Below, piece by piece: positions 40,101-54,500 of a stretch of DNA of 64,000 nucleotides. The translations under genes and the position numbers were made by a program. The DNA is from Chrysomallon squamiferum (Eukaryota; Animalia; Mollusca), in NCBI GenBank assembly GCA_012295275.1, contig CM022666.1:9982001-10046000 (forward strand), read 5' to 3'. The notes below the pieces were generated by a model. The model had not been told where the DNA came from and did no database searches. It saw nothing but the letters and a program-made list of their open reading frames with translations. How positions within the stretch are numbered: position 1 is the first letter of the stretch; every line of letters starts with the position of its first letter.

Positions 40101-43100
40101 TCTTCATCGTCAAAGAGAATGTAAGAACAATGATATGATTATAACAATAAGAGTAATACTATTAATGGTGGAATTAATTTTGTATTTAACTGTTTGTTAA
40201 ATGAAATACTGACATTTTTTGGATTTGTTTTCACAGGATCACAGGAATACACAGATGAAATGAGGAATGGGTTTTTATATTTTTCGGGGGTTGCCGGCAT
40301 TTGGGTGGGCGTGTATGCATTTTAATGTAGGCATCAGATTGTTAGTACTGATGTCTACAGATGAATGTTCTGCTTTATAATCCGTAGGTCTCATAGGTGA
40401 AGAAGGTGAAAGAATGCTGCAGGAGAAAGACATGACACGAAAGGTAAAGAGAAATGCCTGTACATTTTTAGAAGAAGATTAATAAAACATAAAAGTATTG
40501 GCTTTATAAGAAGTAATTTAAAGAAGTGAGATAAGATAAAATAAAATAAAATAAAATAAAGTGATAATAACAACAACAACAATAATAGTAACAACAATAA
40601 TGGCAGTACTGAAAATGAGAATAATAAAGAGAATAACAACAAGAACGACAACTAGAACAACAACATCACGAATATTTTCATCATCAAAGAGAATAAGTGT
40701 TATGATGATGATGATAATAAAAAGGATAAAACTAGTATTGATGGAATTATTGCTTTATTTGTTTTAAAGTTTGTTAAATGAAATACTGACATTCCTACGG
40801 TTTGTTTTCCCAGGACGACAAGTGGAAAATGAAGACCAGAATACGCAGAAGAAGACTGTTAAGAGTGTTTCATTTTCCTTGGTTTTCTGGCATTTGAGTT
40901 GGAGTGTATGCATTTACCTTAGACATACTGATGTCTACACATGCACCTCCTGCTTAAGAATGCTGCAGCAGAAGGACATCATCTAAATGGTAAACAGAAA
41001 TGTCTGTACATTTTGTGAATAAGAAATTAACAAAAGCTGAAAAATACAAATATTTGCTTTACAAAAAGTAATTAAAAGAAAATGAAATAAATTAAGAGTA
41101 ATAAAAAGGAATAGTGATAGTTATGAGAATGACAATAATGAAGTGATCAAGAACAATAACAATGATGACACCATCGTCATCATCATCATGAAAGAGAATA
41201 ATAACAATTATCATGATGATGATAGTAATGAGGGTAACACTAGTAATGATGGAATTAATTTTGTATTTGTTTTAATGTTTGTTAAATGAAATATTGACAT
41301 TTCTACAGTTTCTTTTCTCAGGATTAGAAGAGGAAACTCAAGACGAGAATCTGCACATGCATCTTCTGCTTAAGAATGATGCAGTAGAACGACATCACCT
41401 AAATGGTAAACAAAAATGCCTGTATATTTCGTGAAAAACAAATTAATAAACATTGTTAAATAAAAATATTTGATTTAAATAAAGTAATGAAAGTAAAATG
41501 ATATAAACTAATAGTAATAAAATAATAATGGTGATAGTAGTGATAATGACAATAATGAAGTTATCAAGAACAATAACAATGATGACATCAACATCATCAT
41601 CATCATGATCAAAACGAATAAAAAGAATTGTTATGATGATGATAGTAATGAGGGTAACACTACTAATGGTGGAATTAATTTTGTATTTGTTTTAATGTTT
41701 GTTAAATGAAATACTGATATTTCTACGTTTTCTTTTCTCAGGATGACAAGAGTAAACTGAGGATGAGAATCTACATATGCGTCTCCTGTTTAAGAATGAT
41801 GCATCTTCTGCATAGGACATCTCGTAAATGGTAAACAGAAATACATCTCCATTTTGTTAAGAAGAAATTAATTAAAAGTGAAAAATAAAATTGTTTGCTC
41901 TACAAAAAGTAATTGATAATGGTAATAAAAATTATAATAATAAAAAAATAATATAATGAGATAATGATAATAATGAATTTATTAAAACAGTAATAATGAT
42001 GACATCATCATCATCATCATCATCATTATTTAAGAGAATAATAAGAATTATGATGATGATGATAGTAAAGAGGGAAACACTAGTAATTATGGAATTATTT
42101 GTATTTGTTTTAAAGATTGTTAAATGAAACATTGACATTTCTGCAGTTTATTTACTCAAGATGAGAAGAGGAAACTGAAGAGGAGAATCTACACATGCAT
42201 CTTCAGCTTAAGAATGCTGCAGGAGCAGGACATCAGCTAAATGGTAAACAGGAATGCCTGTACATTTTATGAAGAAGAAATTAAGAAAAAGTGAAAATTA
42301 AAAATATTTGCTTTAAGTAAAGTAATGAAAATAAAATGAAATAATTAATAGTAATAATATTAATAGTGATAGTTGTGATAATGACAGTATTAAAGTTAAC
42401 TGAAAGCATCATATTCATCGTCAAAGAGAATGTAAGAACAATGATATGATTATAACAATAAGAGTAATACTATTAATGGTGGAATTAATTTTGTACTTTT
42501 AAGTTTTTTAAATGAAATACTGACATTTTTTGGATTTGTTTTCACAGGATCACAGGAATACAAAGATGAAATCAGGAATGGGTTTTTCATTTTCTGGGTG
42601 TTGCCGGCATTTGGGTTTAGGTATATGCATTTTAATGTAGGCATCAGATTGTTAGTACTGATGTCTACAGATGAATGTTCTGCTTTATAATCCGTAGGTC
42701 TCATAGGTGAAGAAGGTGAAAGAATGCTGCAGGAGAAAGACATGACACAAAAGGTAAAGAGAAATGCCTGTACATTTTTAAAAGAAGATTAATAAAAAAA
42801 ATAAAAGTATTGGCTTTATAAAAAGTAATTAAAAGAAGTGAGATAAGATAAAATAAAATAAAATAAAATAAAGTGATAAGAACAACAACAACAATAATAG
42901 TAACAACTATAATTGCATTACTGAAAATGAGAATAATAAAGAGAATAACAACAAGAACAACAACTACAACAACAGCATCATGAACATCTTCATCATCAAA
43001 GAGAATAAGTGTTATGATGATGATGATAAAAACGGTAACACTAGTAATGATGGAATTATTTTTTTATTTGTTTTACAGTTTGTTAGATGAAATACTGACA

Positions 43101-46100
43101 TTTCTACGTTTTCTTTTCTAAGGATGACAAGAGTAAACTGAGGATGAGAATCTACATATGCGTCTCCTGTTTAAGAATGATGCATCTTCTGCATAGGACA
43201 TCTCGTAAATGGTAAACAGAAATACCTCTACATTTTGTTAAGAAGAAATTAATAAAAAGTGAAAAATAAAATTATTTGCTCTAGAAAAAGTAATTAATAT
43301 GAAATGAAATAAATTAATGGTAATAAAAATTATAATAGTGATAATGATAATAATGAATTTATTAAAACAGTAATAACGATGACATTATCATCATCATTAT
43401 TTAAGAGAATAATAAGAATTATCATGATGATGATAGTAAAGAGGGAAACACTAGTAATTATGGAATTATTTGTATTTGTTTTAAAGATTGTTAAATGAAA
43501 CATTGACATTTCTGCAGTTTATTTACTCAGGATGAGAAGAGGAAACTGAAGAGGAGAATCTACACATGCATCTTCAGCTTAAGAATGCTGCAGGAGCAGG
43601 ACATCAGCTAAATGGTAAACAGGAATGCCTGTACATTTTATGAAGAAGAAATTAAGAAAAAGTGAAAATTAAAAATACTTGCTTTAAATAAAGTAATGAA
43701 AATAAAATGAAATAATTAATAGTAATAATATTAATAGTGATAGTTGTGATAATGACAGTATTAAAGTTAACTGAAAACATCATCTTCATCGTCAAAGAGA
43801 ATGTAAGAACAATGATATGATTATAACAATAAGAGTAATACTATTAATGGTGGAATTAATTTTGTATTTAACTGTTTGTTAAATGAAATACTGACATTTT
43901 TTGGATTTGTTTTCACAGGATCACAGGAATACAAAGATGAAATGAGGAATGGGTTTTTATATTTTTCGGGGGTTGCCGGCATTTGGGTTTGCGTGTATGC
44001 ATTTTAATGTAGGCATCAGATTGTTAGTACTGATGTCTACAGATGAATGTTCTGCTTTATAATCCGTAGGTCTCATAGGTGAAGAAGGTGAAAGAATGCT
44101 GCAGGAGAAAGACATGACACAAAAGGTAAAGAGAAATGCCTGTACATTTTTAGAAGAAGATTAATAAAAAAAATAAAAGTATTGGCTTTATAAAAAGTAA
44201 TTAAAAGAAGTGAGATAAGATAAAATAAAATAAAATAAAATAAAGTGATAAGAACAACAACAACAATAATAGTAACAACTATAATTGCATTACTGAAAAT
44301 GAGAATAATAAAGAGAATAACAACAAGAACAACAACTACAACAACAGCATCATGAACATCTTCATCATCAAAGAGAATAAGTGTTATGATGATGATGATA
44401 AAAACGGTAACACTAGTAATGATGGAATTATTTTTTTATTTGTTTTACAGTTTGTTAGATGAAATACTGACATTTCTACGTTTTCTTTTCTAAGGATGAC
44501 AAGAGTAAACTGAGGATGAGAATCTACATATGCGTCTCCTGTTTAAGAATGATGCATCTTCTGCATAGGACATCTCGTAAATGGTAAACAGAAATACCTC
44601 TACATTTTGTTAAGAAGAAATTAATAAAAAGTGAAAAATAAAATTATTTGCTCTAGAAAAAGTAATTAATATGAAATGAAATAAATTAATGGTAATAAAA
44701 ATTATAATAGTGATAATGATAATAATGAATTTATTGAAACAGTAATAACGATGACATTATCATCATCATTATTTAAGAGAATAATAAGAATTATCATGAT
44801 GATGATAGTAAAGAGGGAAACACTAGTAATTATGGAATTATTTGTATTTGTTTTAAAGATTGTTAAATGAAACATTGACATTTCTGCAGTTTATTTACTC
44901 AGGATGAGAAGAGGAAACTGAAGAGGAGAATCTACACATGCATCTTCAGCTTAAGAATGCTGCAGGAGCAGGACATCAGCTAAATGGTAAACAGGAATGC
45001 CTGTACATTTTATGAAGAAGAAATTAAGAAAAAGTGAAAATTAAAAATACTTGCTTTAAATAAAGTAATGAAAATAAAATGAAATAATTAATAGTAATAA
45101 TATTAATAGTGATAGTTGTGATAATGACAGTATTAAAGTTAACTGAAAACATCATCTTCATCGTCAAAGAGAATGTAAGAACAATGATATGATTATAACA
45201 ATAAGAGTAATACTATTAATGGTGGAATTAATTTTGTAATTATCTGTTTGTTAAATGAAATACTGACATTTTTTGGATTTGTTTTCACAGGATCACAGGA
45301 ATACACAGATGAAATGAGGAATGGGTTTTTATATTTTTCGGGGGTTGCCGGCATTTGGGTGGGCGTGTATGCATTTTAATGTAGGCATCAGATTGTTAGT
45401 ACTGATGTCTACAGATGAATGTTCTGCTTTATAATCCGTAGGTCTCATAGGTGAAGAAGGTGAAAGAATGCTGCAGGAGAAAGACATGACACGAAAGGTA
45501 AAGAGAAATGCCTGTACATTTTTAGAAGAAGATTAATAAAACATAAAAGTATTGGCTTTATAAGAAGTAATTTAAAGAAGTGAGATAAGATAAAATAAAA
45601 TAAAATAAAATAAAGTGATAATAACAACAACAACAATAATAGTAACAACAATAATGGCAGTACTGAAAATGAGAATAATAAAGAGAATAACAACAAGAAC
45701 GACAACTAGAACAACAACATCACGAATATTTTCATCATCAAAGAGAATAAGTGTTATGATGATGATGATAATAAAAAGGATAAAACTAGTATTGATGGAA
45801 TTATTGCTTTATTTGTTTTAAAGTTTGTTAAATGAAATACTGACATTCCTACGGTTTGTTTTCCCAGGACGACAAGTGGAAAATGAAGACCAGAATACGC
45901 AGAAGAAGATTGTTAAGAGTGTTTCATTTTCCTTGGTTTTCTGGCATTTGAGTTGGAGTGTATGCATTTACCTTAGACATACTGATGTCTACACATGCAC
46001 CTCCTGCTTAAGAATGCTGCAGCAGAAGGACATCATCTAAATGGTAAACAGAAATGTCTGTACATTTTGTGAATAAGAAATTAACAAAAGCTGAAAAATA

Positions 46101-48071
46101 CAAATATTTGCTTTACAAAAAGTAATTAAAAGAAAATGAAATAAATTAAGAGTAATAAAAAGTAATAGTGATAGTTATGAGAATGACAATAATGAAGTGA
46201 TCAAGAACAATAACAATGATGACACCATCGTCATCATCATCATGAAAGAAAATAATAACAATTATCATGATGATGATAGTAATGAGGGTAACACTAGTAA
46301 TGATGGAATTAATTTTGTATTTGTTTTAATGTTTGTTAAATGAAATATTGACATTTCTACAGTTTCTTTTCTCAGGATTAGAAGAGGAAACTCAAGACGA
46401 GAATCTGCACATGCATCTTCTGCTTAAGAATGATGCAGTAGAACGACATCACCTAAATGGTAAACAAAAATGCCTGTATATTTCGTGAAAAACAAATTAA
46501 TAAACATTGTTAAATAAAAATATTTGATTTAAATAAAGTAATGAAAGTAAAATGATATAAACTAATAGTAATAAAATAATAATGGTGATAGTAGTGATAA
46601 TGACAATAATGAAGTTATCAAGAACAATAACAATGATGACATCAACATCATCATCATCATGATCAAAACGAATAAAAAGAATTGTTATGATGATGATAGT
46701 AATGAGGGTAACACTACTAATGGTGGAATTAATTTTGTATTTGTTTTAATGTTTGTTAAATGAAATACTGATATTAATAAAAATAATAATAATAGTGATA
46801 GTTGTGACAATGACAGTACGAAAGTTAATTAAAACATCATGATGATCATCAAAGACAATGTATGAACAATGCTTCGATTATAACAATAAGAGTAATATTA
46901 GTAATGCTGGAATTAATTTTGTATTTGTTTTAATGGGGTTTTTTATATATGAAATAACGCCATTTGTTCGATTTGGTTTCACAGGATGACAAGAGAATAA
47001 TGAACACAGGAATACACAGATGAAATGGGGAATGGATTTTTCCTTTTTGGGGGGTTGCCGGCATTTGCGTGGACGTATATGCATTTTGTCGTAGGCATCA
47101 GTCTTAATACTGATGTCTACAGATGAATGTTCTCCTTGATAATCCATAGGTCTCATAGGTGAAGAAGGCAAAAGAATGCTGCAGTCGAAATACATCATTT
47201 GAATCATAAAGAGAAATGCCTGTAGATTTTGTTGAGAAGATTAATAGAAAAAAGTTTTGGCTTTATTAAAAGAAGTAAGATAAAACAAAATAAAATAAAG
47301 TGATAATAAAGACAAGAACAATACAGTAACAACAATAATGGCAGTACTGATAATAATAATAATAAAAATAATAATAATGATGATAATAACGGCATTGCTG
47401 ATAATGAGATTAATAATGAGAACAAGAACAACCACTACAGCATCATCTCGAACATCTTCATCATCAAAAAGAATATATATTATCATGATGATTATAATGA
47501 AAAGGATAATACTAGTAATGACGGAATTAATTTTGTATTTGTTTTGAAGTTTTTTAAATGAAATACGGACATTCCTACGGTTTATTTTCCATAATGACAA
47601 GAAGTAAATGAGGACCAGAACCCTCAGATGATAACAAGGAATGTTTTTTTCATTTTCCTTGGACATCTGACGTTTGAGTTTGGTTGTATTTATTTTAACG
47701 TTCATATACCGATGTCTATACATGCATCTTCAGCTTAAGAATGCTGCAGGAGAAAGACATGACCTAAATGGTAAACACAGATCCCAGTACATTTTTTGAA
47801 GACTATAATAAAAAGTGAAAAATGAAAATATTTGCTTTACAACAAGTAATCAAAATAAAATGAAACTATTTAATAGTAATAAAAAAATAATACTGATTGT
47901 ACTCATATTGACAATAATGATGTTATCAAGAACAATAACAACGGTGACATCAACATCATCGTCATCAAAGAGAATAATAAGAATTATCGTGATTATGATA
48001 GTAATGAGGATAACATTAGTCATGATGGAATTAATTTGGTATTTGTTTGAAAGTACTTTTCTTCTTCCAGG
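37160..48071 (+). repeat. ~11-kb hierarchical tandem array of ~23 intron-exon-like cassettes (~390-580 bp each)
   Basis: Approximate exon starts: A 37478/38866/40237/42548/43919/45291, B 38055/39441/41742/43123/44495, C 38475/39849/42160/43531/44903, D 40814/45868, E 41322/46376, with diverged terminal units at 46985, 47594, 48071. The ABC period is ~1371 bp; identical ORFs lie 5054 bp apart. Confidence 0.95.
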
Positions 48072-48074
48072 ATG

Positions 48075-49066
48075 AGGAATATTTAAATATATCAGTGAAT
48101 ATCTCGCACACAATAGCTGTAACTCTAAATATATTAGTGAACATCTGTCACACAAGGGCGGTAATTCTAAATATATCAGTGATCATCTCTCTCACAAGGA
48201 CGGTAACTCAAAAATATCAATGAATGTCTCTCACACAAGTGCGGAGATTATAAATATTTTACAGAACATCTCACACAAAGGCTGTAACTAAATATATCGA
48301 TCATCATAATCACACAATGGCGGTAACTTTAAATATATCAGTGACATTCTTTCACACAATGGCTGCAGTTCTAAATATATCGTTGAACATTTCTCGTACA
48401 ATGGCCGTAACTCCAAAAATTTCAGTGAACATCTCTCGCACAAGGTTGGTAACTCTAAATATATCAGTCAACATCTCTCACACAAAGGCAGTAACTCTAA
48501 ATATACCAGTGAACATCTCTCACACAAGGGCAGTAATTCTAAATATACCAGTGAACATCTCTCACACAAGGGCAGTAACTCTAAATATATCAGTGAACAT
48601 CTCTCACACAAGGGCAGTAACTCTAAATATATCAGTGAATATCTCACACAAAGGGCAGTAACTCTAAATATACCAGTGAACATCTATCAGACAAGGGCAG
48701 TAACTCTAAATATATCAATGAACATCTCTCACACAAGGGCAGTAACTCTAAATATATCAACATCTCTCACACAAAGGCAGTAACTCTAAATATATCAGTG
48801 AACATCTCTCACACAAGGGCAGTAACTCTAAATATACCAGTGAACATCTATCAGACAAGGGCAGTAACTCTAAATATACCAGTGAACATCTCACACAAGG
48901 GCAGTAACTAAATATATCAGTGAACATCTCTCACACAAGGGCAGTAACTCTAAATATATCGGTGAACATCTCTCACACAAGCGAGGTAACTAAATATATA
49001 AGTGAACATCTCCAACACAAGGACGGTAACTCTAAATATATCCGTGAACATCTCTCACAAGGGCAA
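48075..49066. repeat. 42-bp minisatellite, ~23 copies
   Basis: Unit aactctaaatatatcagtgaacatctctcacacaagggcagt. Confidence 0.95.
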
Positions 49067-49069
49067 TTA

Positions 49070-51540
49070 CTATATTAGTAAACGGTGTTAGCATCGGGGT
49101 TGGTGGTATTTGACATGTAAGTGCTTGGATTAGTGAAGGTAATAAGAGCGGTTCTAATGGCATTATTAGATACGATTGTGCTGGTATTAGTGAGGCTAAT
49201 TGCAGCGACTTTGTCGTATTATTAAACGATAGTGCTGTCATAAGCAATCGTAATAGGAGGTGTGCTGCTGGTATTATCTCACATGATATCAGTGATGGTA
49301 ATGGTAGCGATAGTCATTCTATAATTAGACTTGATATTGCTGGTATTAATGATGGTAACTGCAGCTTTTGTGGTGCTATTATAAGACAAGATTGTGCTGG
49401 TGTTAGAAGGAGTACTGGTGGTATTAGTACAAATGATAATGCTTTTGTTAGAAAAGCCAATCAGAGCTCTAGTATTAGTATTATCAGACATGACAGTGCT
49501 GGCATTATTGAATACATTAGGAGTGCTGGTGTTATTGTTAGGTATCATATTTCTGCTATTGTAGCCCTATCATGTGAAATAATGCGAACAGCACCACTCG
49601 TACTAAGTGCACTATAACGTTAAATAAATCGACCAGAACCGCTGCTAATACCAGAAATTTCATATCTAATACACCACCAGCATTCCTCCTATTGTATTCA
49701 CTAATGCCAGCACTGTCTTTCTTGATAATACCAAAACCACCGCTCTTACTGACTTTTCTAATAGCAGCATAATCACACCTAACAATACAACCTGAACCGC
49801 TGCCATTACCTTTACTAACACCACCAATGATAACAAGACAAGAGCTGCATCACTAATACCAGCATTATCATGCATATGTCTTATTTTCAGAAAAGTCACC
49901 GATCTTTGAATGCATTGGCAAGATTTCTTTCACGCTTCCCGTTCACACGGTGTACAATGTTCTTTTCGTCTGCGTGTCTTTCCTACAATGAACAAAAATC
50001 CAGCTGCTCCTCGGTTGATAGCGAAGACGATGCTTTCCCAAATCGCGTTTAATGTTAAGAGCCGTAATGACACTGCTGGCATTACTGAATGCAATAGGAG
50101 TGTTGGTGGTATTGTTAGGTATTATAATACTGCTGTTACAAAAGCCCTATGATGTGAAATAATACGAACGGAACCACTCCTATTTCATGATAGCACTATC
50201 ACGTTAAATAAATCGACCACAAACGCTGAAACAACCGTCAATAATATCAGAATTATCATATCTAATTCTTCCTCCTATTGCATTCACTAATGCCAGCAAA
50301 GTCTTTGCTGATAATACCAATAATACCGCTCTAATTGGCTTTTCTAATAGCTCCATTATCACACCTGAATCGCTGCTATTACAAACACAAGAACAATAAT
50401 GTCTAATGATCCAGGACAAACGCTGCATCATTAATGACAGCACCATCAAATCTGAATATACAATCAGTACAGCTACCTTTTCCATCAGAGCTGCTACCCA
50501 ATATCGTGTGGAGGAATACCACTGATATCGCTCAAATAAGCGTCACTAATACCAGTACAAACGTCTCTAATAATTCCATTAGTTCCGCTCTTCTTACCTT
50601 CACTAACACCAGAACAATGAAGTCTAATCGTACCATCAATGCCGCTTCCATTACCATCACTAATTCCAGCACTATTATGTGTAATAATCACACCGATATC
50701 ACAACAATTACAATGAGTAGTACAACCTCAGTTTTGCCTACTAATACTCTCAATACCGCTCTTATCACCTTTACTAACACCAGCACTATAATGTCAAATA
50801 ATACCATCAGCGCTCATCCTATTCCGACCTCTAACCACATCTCTGTCAAGTCTGATTTTACAATCAGTACACCTCCCGCTACCGTCTCTAATGCCACTAC
50901 TATCATGACTAAGAAGACCGTTTCTATCTCTGTCATTACCTTCACTAACGCAAGCACGATCGTGTCTGATAACAACACCGATATCGCTGTAATTAGAATC
51001 CTTAATACCATCTAAGTCGCGTCTAACTGATGACACAAGTGCCGATTTCGTTATCACCAGTGATGCCAGCACTATCGCGTATAAGAATACTACCCATATC
51101 GCTTGAATTGACGTCACTAAAACGAGCACAGTCGTCTCTAACAATTCCATTAGAACCGCTCTAATTACCTTCATTAACACCAGCACAGTGAAGTGTAATC
51201 GTACTATGAGTACCGCTCCAACTGCCATCACTAACAGCAGGACAATCGTGCCTAACAAGAACACCGATATCGCTGTATTTACTATGCGTAGCCTCAGCTC
51301 CGCTTAACATCAGTACCTGTTTTACTACCGTTCCTAAGACCAGCACTATCATGTCAAATCATACCATCAGTGCCTCTCCTATTCCGTCCTATAGTGACAG
51401 CACAATCCAGTCTGATAGGACAATCAGTATCGCTCCCACTACTACCACTGATGTCATTATTGATAAGAGAACTTAGATCCCTGCCATTACCGTCACTAAT
51501 ACCAGCACAGCATTGTATAATAATGATACTATAATTGCGT
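49070..51540. repeat. 57-bp degenerate minisatellite with two orientation switches (+49070-49560, -49560-49872, +50060-50145, -50150-51540)
   Basis: Same unit and same inversion junction (gccctat.atgtgaaataat.cgaac) as at 14835. Confidence 0.85.
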
Positions 51541-51554
51541 TTATTACGTTCACG

Positions 51555-54500
51555 AACGCAGCCACTTACGCTTTAACTACAATCATTAGAACGGATTTAG
51601 ATTAGGTGGTGCGTGCGTGTGTTTACTGAGAAGAGACGGATACTTGTCGCAACCGCTCGCACTACGAAACACTCAATCGTGTGCACACATAACAAACAGC
51701 ATCGAATGCGTTCTGTCCTCAAGCTGCTCTTTCAACGCTGTTAATGGATAATCATTACATCTCATTTAAGTAATGTGGTGCGTGTGTGTGTTTATTAACA
51801 AGAGACAGATACTTCTCGCCACCGCTGGCACTCCGAAACTTTGAATTGTATGCAGTCGTAAAACAAAGCATTGATTGCGTTCTGTTCTGAAGCAGCTCTT
51901 TCAACGCTGTTAATGAATAATCTGTAGATCTGATTTAGACGATGTGGTGCGTGTTTGTGTTTACTGAGAAGAGACGGATACTTGTCGCAACCGCTCGCAT
52001 TACGGAACTTTCAATCGTATGCAGTCGTAACACAGAGCAGTGAGTGCGTTCTGTTCTCAAGCAGCTCTTTCATCGCTGTTAAACTTTCTGAATCGTATTG
52101 ACAGTCGAATAACTCCAGCAACCGCGCGCTGTACGAAACATTCAATCGTGTGCACACATAACAGTTCATCGAATTTCTGTCCTCAAGCAGCTCTTTCATC
52201 GCTGTTAATGGATAATCATTAGATCTGATTTAGACGATGTGGTGCGTGTGTGTGTTTATTGACAGGAGACGAATACCTCTCGCAACCGCTCGCTGTACGA
52301 AACACTGAATCGTGTGCATACATAACAGACAGCATCGATTGCGTTCTATCTTCAATCAGCTCTTTCAACGCTGTTAATAGATAATCATTAGATCTCATTT
52401 AAGTAATGTGGTGCGTGTGTGTGTTATTTCAGAAGAGACGGATACTTCTCGCCACGGCTCGCACTCTGAAACTTTCAATCGTATGCAGTCGTAAAACACA
52501 GCATAGAGTGCGTACTATTCTCAAGCAGCTCTTTCATCGCTGTTAATGGATAATCATTAGATCTGATTTAAGTCATGTGGTGCGTGTGTGTGTTTATTAA
52601 GAACAGACGAATACCTCTCGCAACCGCTCGCACTACGAAACTTTCAATCGTATGCAGTCATGAGACACAGCATCGAATGCGTTCTGTTCTCAACCAGCTC
52701 TTTCATCGCTGTTAATGGTTAATCATTACATCTCATTTAATAAATGTGGTGCGTGTGTGTGTTTATTAACAAGAGACGGAAACTTCTCGCAACCGCTCGC
52801 ACTCCGAAACTTTGAATTGTATGCAGTCGTAACACACAGCATTGAGTGCGTTCTGTTCTGAAGCAGCTCTTTCAACGGTGTTAAGGGATAATCTTTAGAT
52901 CTGATTTAAGTCATGTGGTGCGTGTGTGTGTTATTTGAGAAGAGACGAGTACCTCTCGCAACCGCTCGCACTACGAAACTTTGAATCGTATGCAGTCGTA
53001 ACACGCAGCATAGAGTCCGTTCCGTTCTCAAGCAGCTCTTTCATCGGTGTTAATGGATAATCATTAGATCTCATTTAAGTGATGTGGTGCGTGTGTGTGT
53101 TTATTGACAGGAGACGAATACCTCTCGCAACCGCTCGCTGTACGAAACACTGAATCGTGTGCATACATAACAGACAGCATCGATTGCGTTCTATCTTCAA
53201 TCAGCTCTTTCAACGCTGTTAATAGATAATCATTAGATCTCATTTAAGTAATGTGGTGCGTGTGTGTGTTATTTCAGAAGAGACGGATACTTCTCGCCAC
53301 GGCTCGCACTCTGAAACTTTCAATCGTATGCAGTCGTAAAACACAGCATAGAGTGCGTACTATTCTCAAGCAGCTCTTTCATCGCTGTTAATGGATAATC
53401 ATTAGATCTGATTTAAGTCATGTGGTGCGTGTGTGTGTTTATTAAGAACAGACGAATACCTCTCGCAACCGCTCGCACTACGAAACTTTCAATCGTCTGC
53501 AGTCATAACACACAGCATCGAATGCGTTCTGTTCTCAACCAGCTCTTTCATCGCTGTTAATGGTTAATCATTACATCTCATTTAATAAATGTGGTGCGTG
53601 TGTGTGTTTATTAACAAGAGACGAATACCTCTCGCAACCGCTCGCACTACGAAACTTTCAATCGTATGCAGTCGTAACACACAGCATCGAATGCGTTCTG
53701 TTCTCAAGCAGCTCTTTCATCGCTGTTAATGGATAATCATTAGATCTGATTTAAGTCATGTGGTGCGTGTGTGTGTTATTTGAGAAGAGACGAGTACCTC
53801 TCGCAACCGCTCGCACTACGAAACTTTCAATCGTATGCAGTCGTAACACACAGCATCGAATGCGTTCCGTTCTCAAGCAGCTCTTTCATCGCTGTTAATG
53901 GATAATCATTAGATCTCATTTAAGTGATGTGGTGCGTGTGTGTGTTTATCGACAAGAGACGTATACCTCTCGGAACCGCTCGCTGTACGAAACATTCAAT
54001 CGTGTGCACACATAACACACAGCATCGAATGCGTTCTGTCCTCAAGCAGCTCTTTCAACGCTCTTAATGGATAATCATTACATCTCAATTTATAAATGTG
54101 GTGCGTGTGTGTGTTTATTGACAACAGACGAATACCTCTCGCAACCGCTCGCACTACGAAACTTTCAATCGTCTGCAGTCATGAGACACAGCATCGAATG
54201 CGTTCTGTTCTCAACCAGCTCTTTCAACGCTGTTAATGGATAATCATTAGATCTGATTTAGACGATGTGGTGCGTGTGTGTGTTTATTGACAAGAGACGA
54301 ATACCTCTCGCAACCGCTCGCGGTACGAAACACACAATCGTGTGCACACATAACAAACAGCATCGAATGCGTTCTGTCCTCAAGCAGCTCTTTCATCGCT
54401 GTTAATGGTTAATCATTACATCTCATTTAATAAATGTGGTGCGTGTGTGTGTTTATTAACAAGAGACGGAAACTTCTCGCAACCGCTCGCACTCCGAAAC

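Noticed and set aside
41210-41300. Box C/D snoRNA in each cassette intron (ATGATGA...CTGA)
   Set aside because: The ATGATGA is part of a microsatellite. The CTGA is TTGA in C and E units and sits at branch-point distance from the AG, so a branch point explains it better.
48317-48661. ORFs with a 14-aa repeat here and a 22-aa repeat at 27328-27588
   Set aside because: By-products of 42- and 66-bp minisatellites, with frameshifting units and no gene structure.
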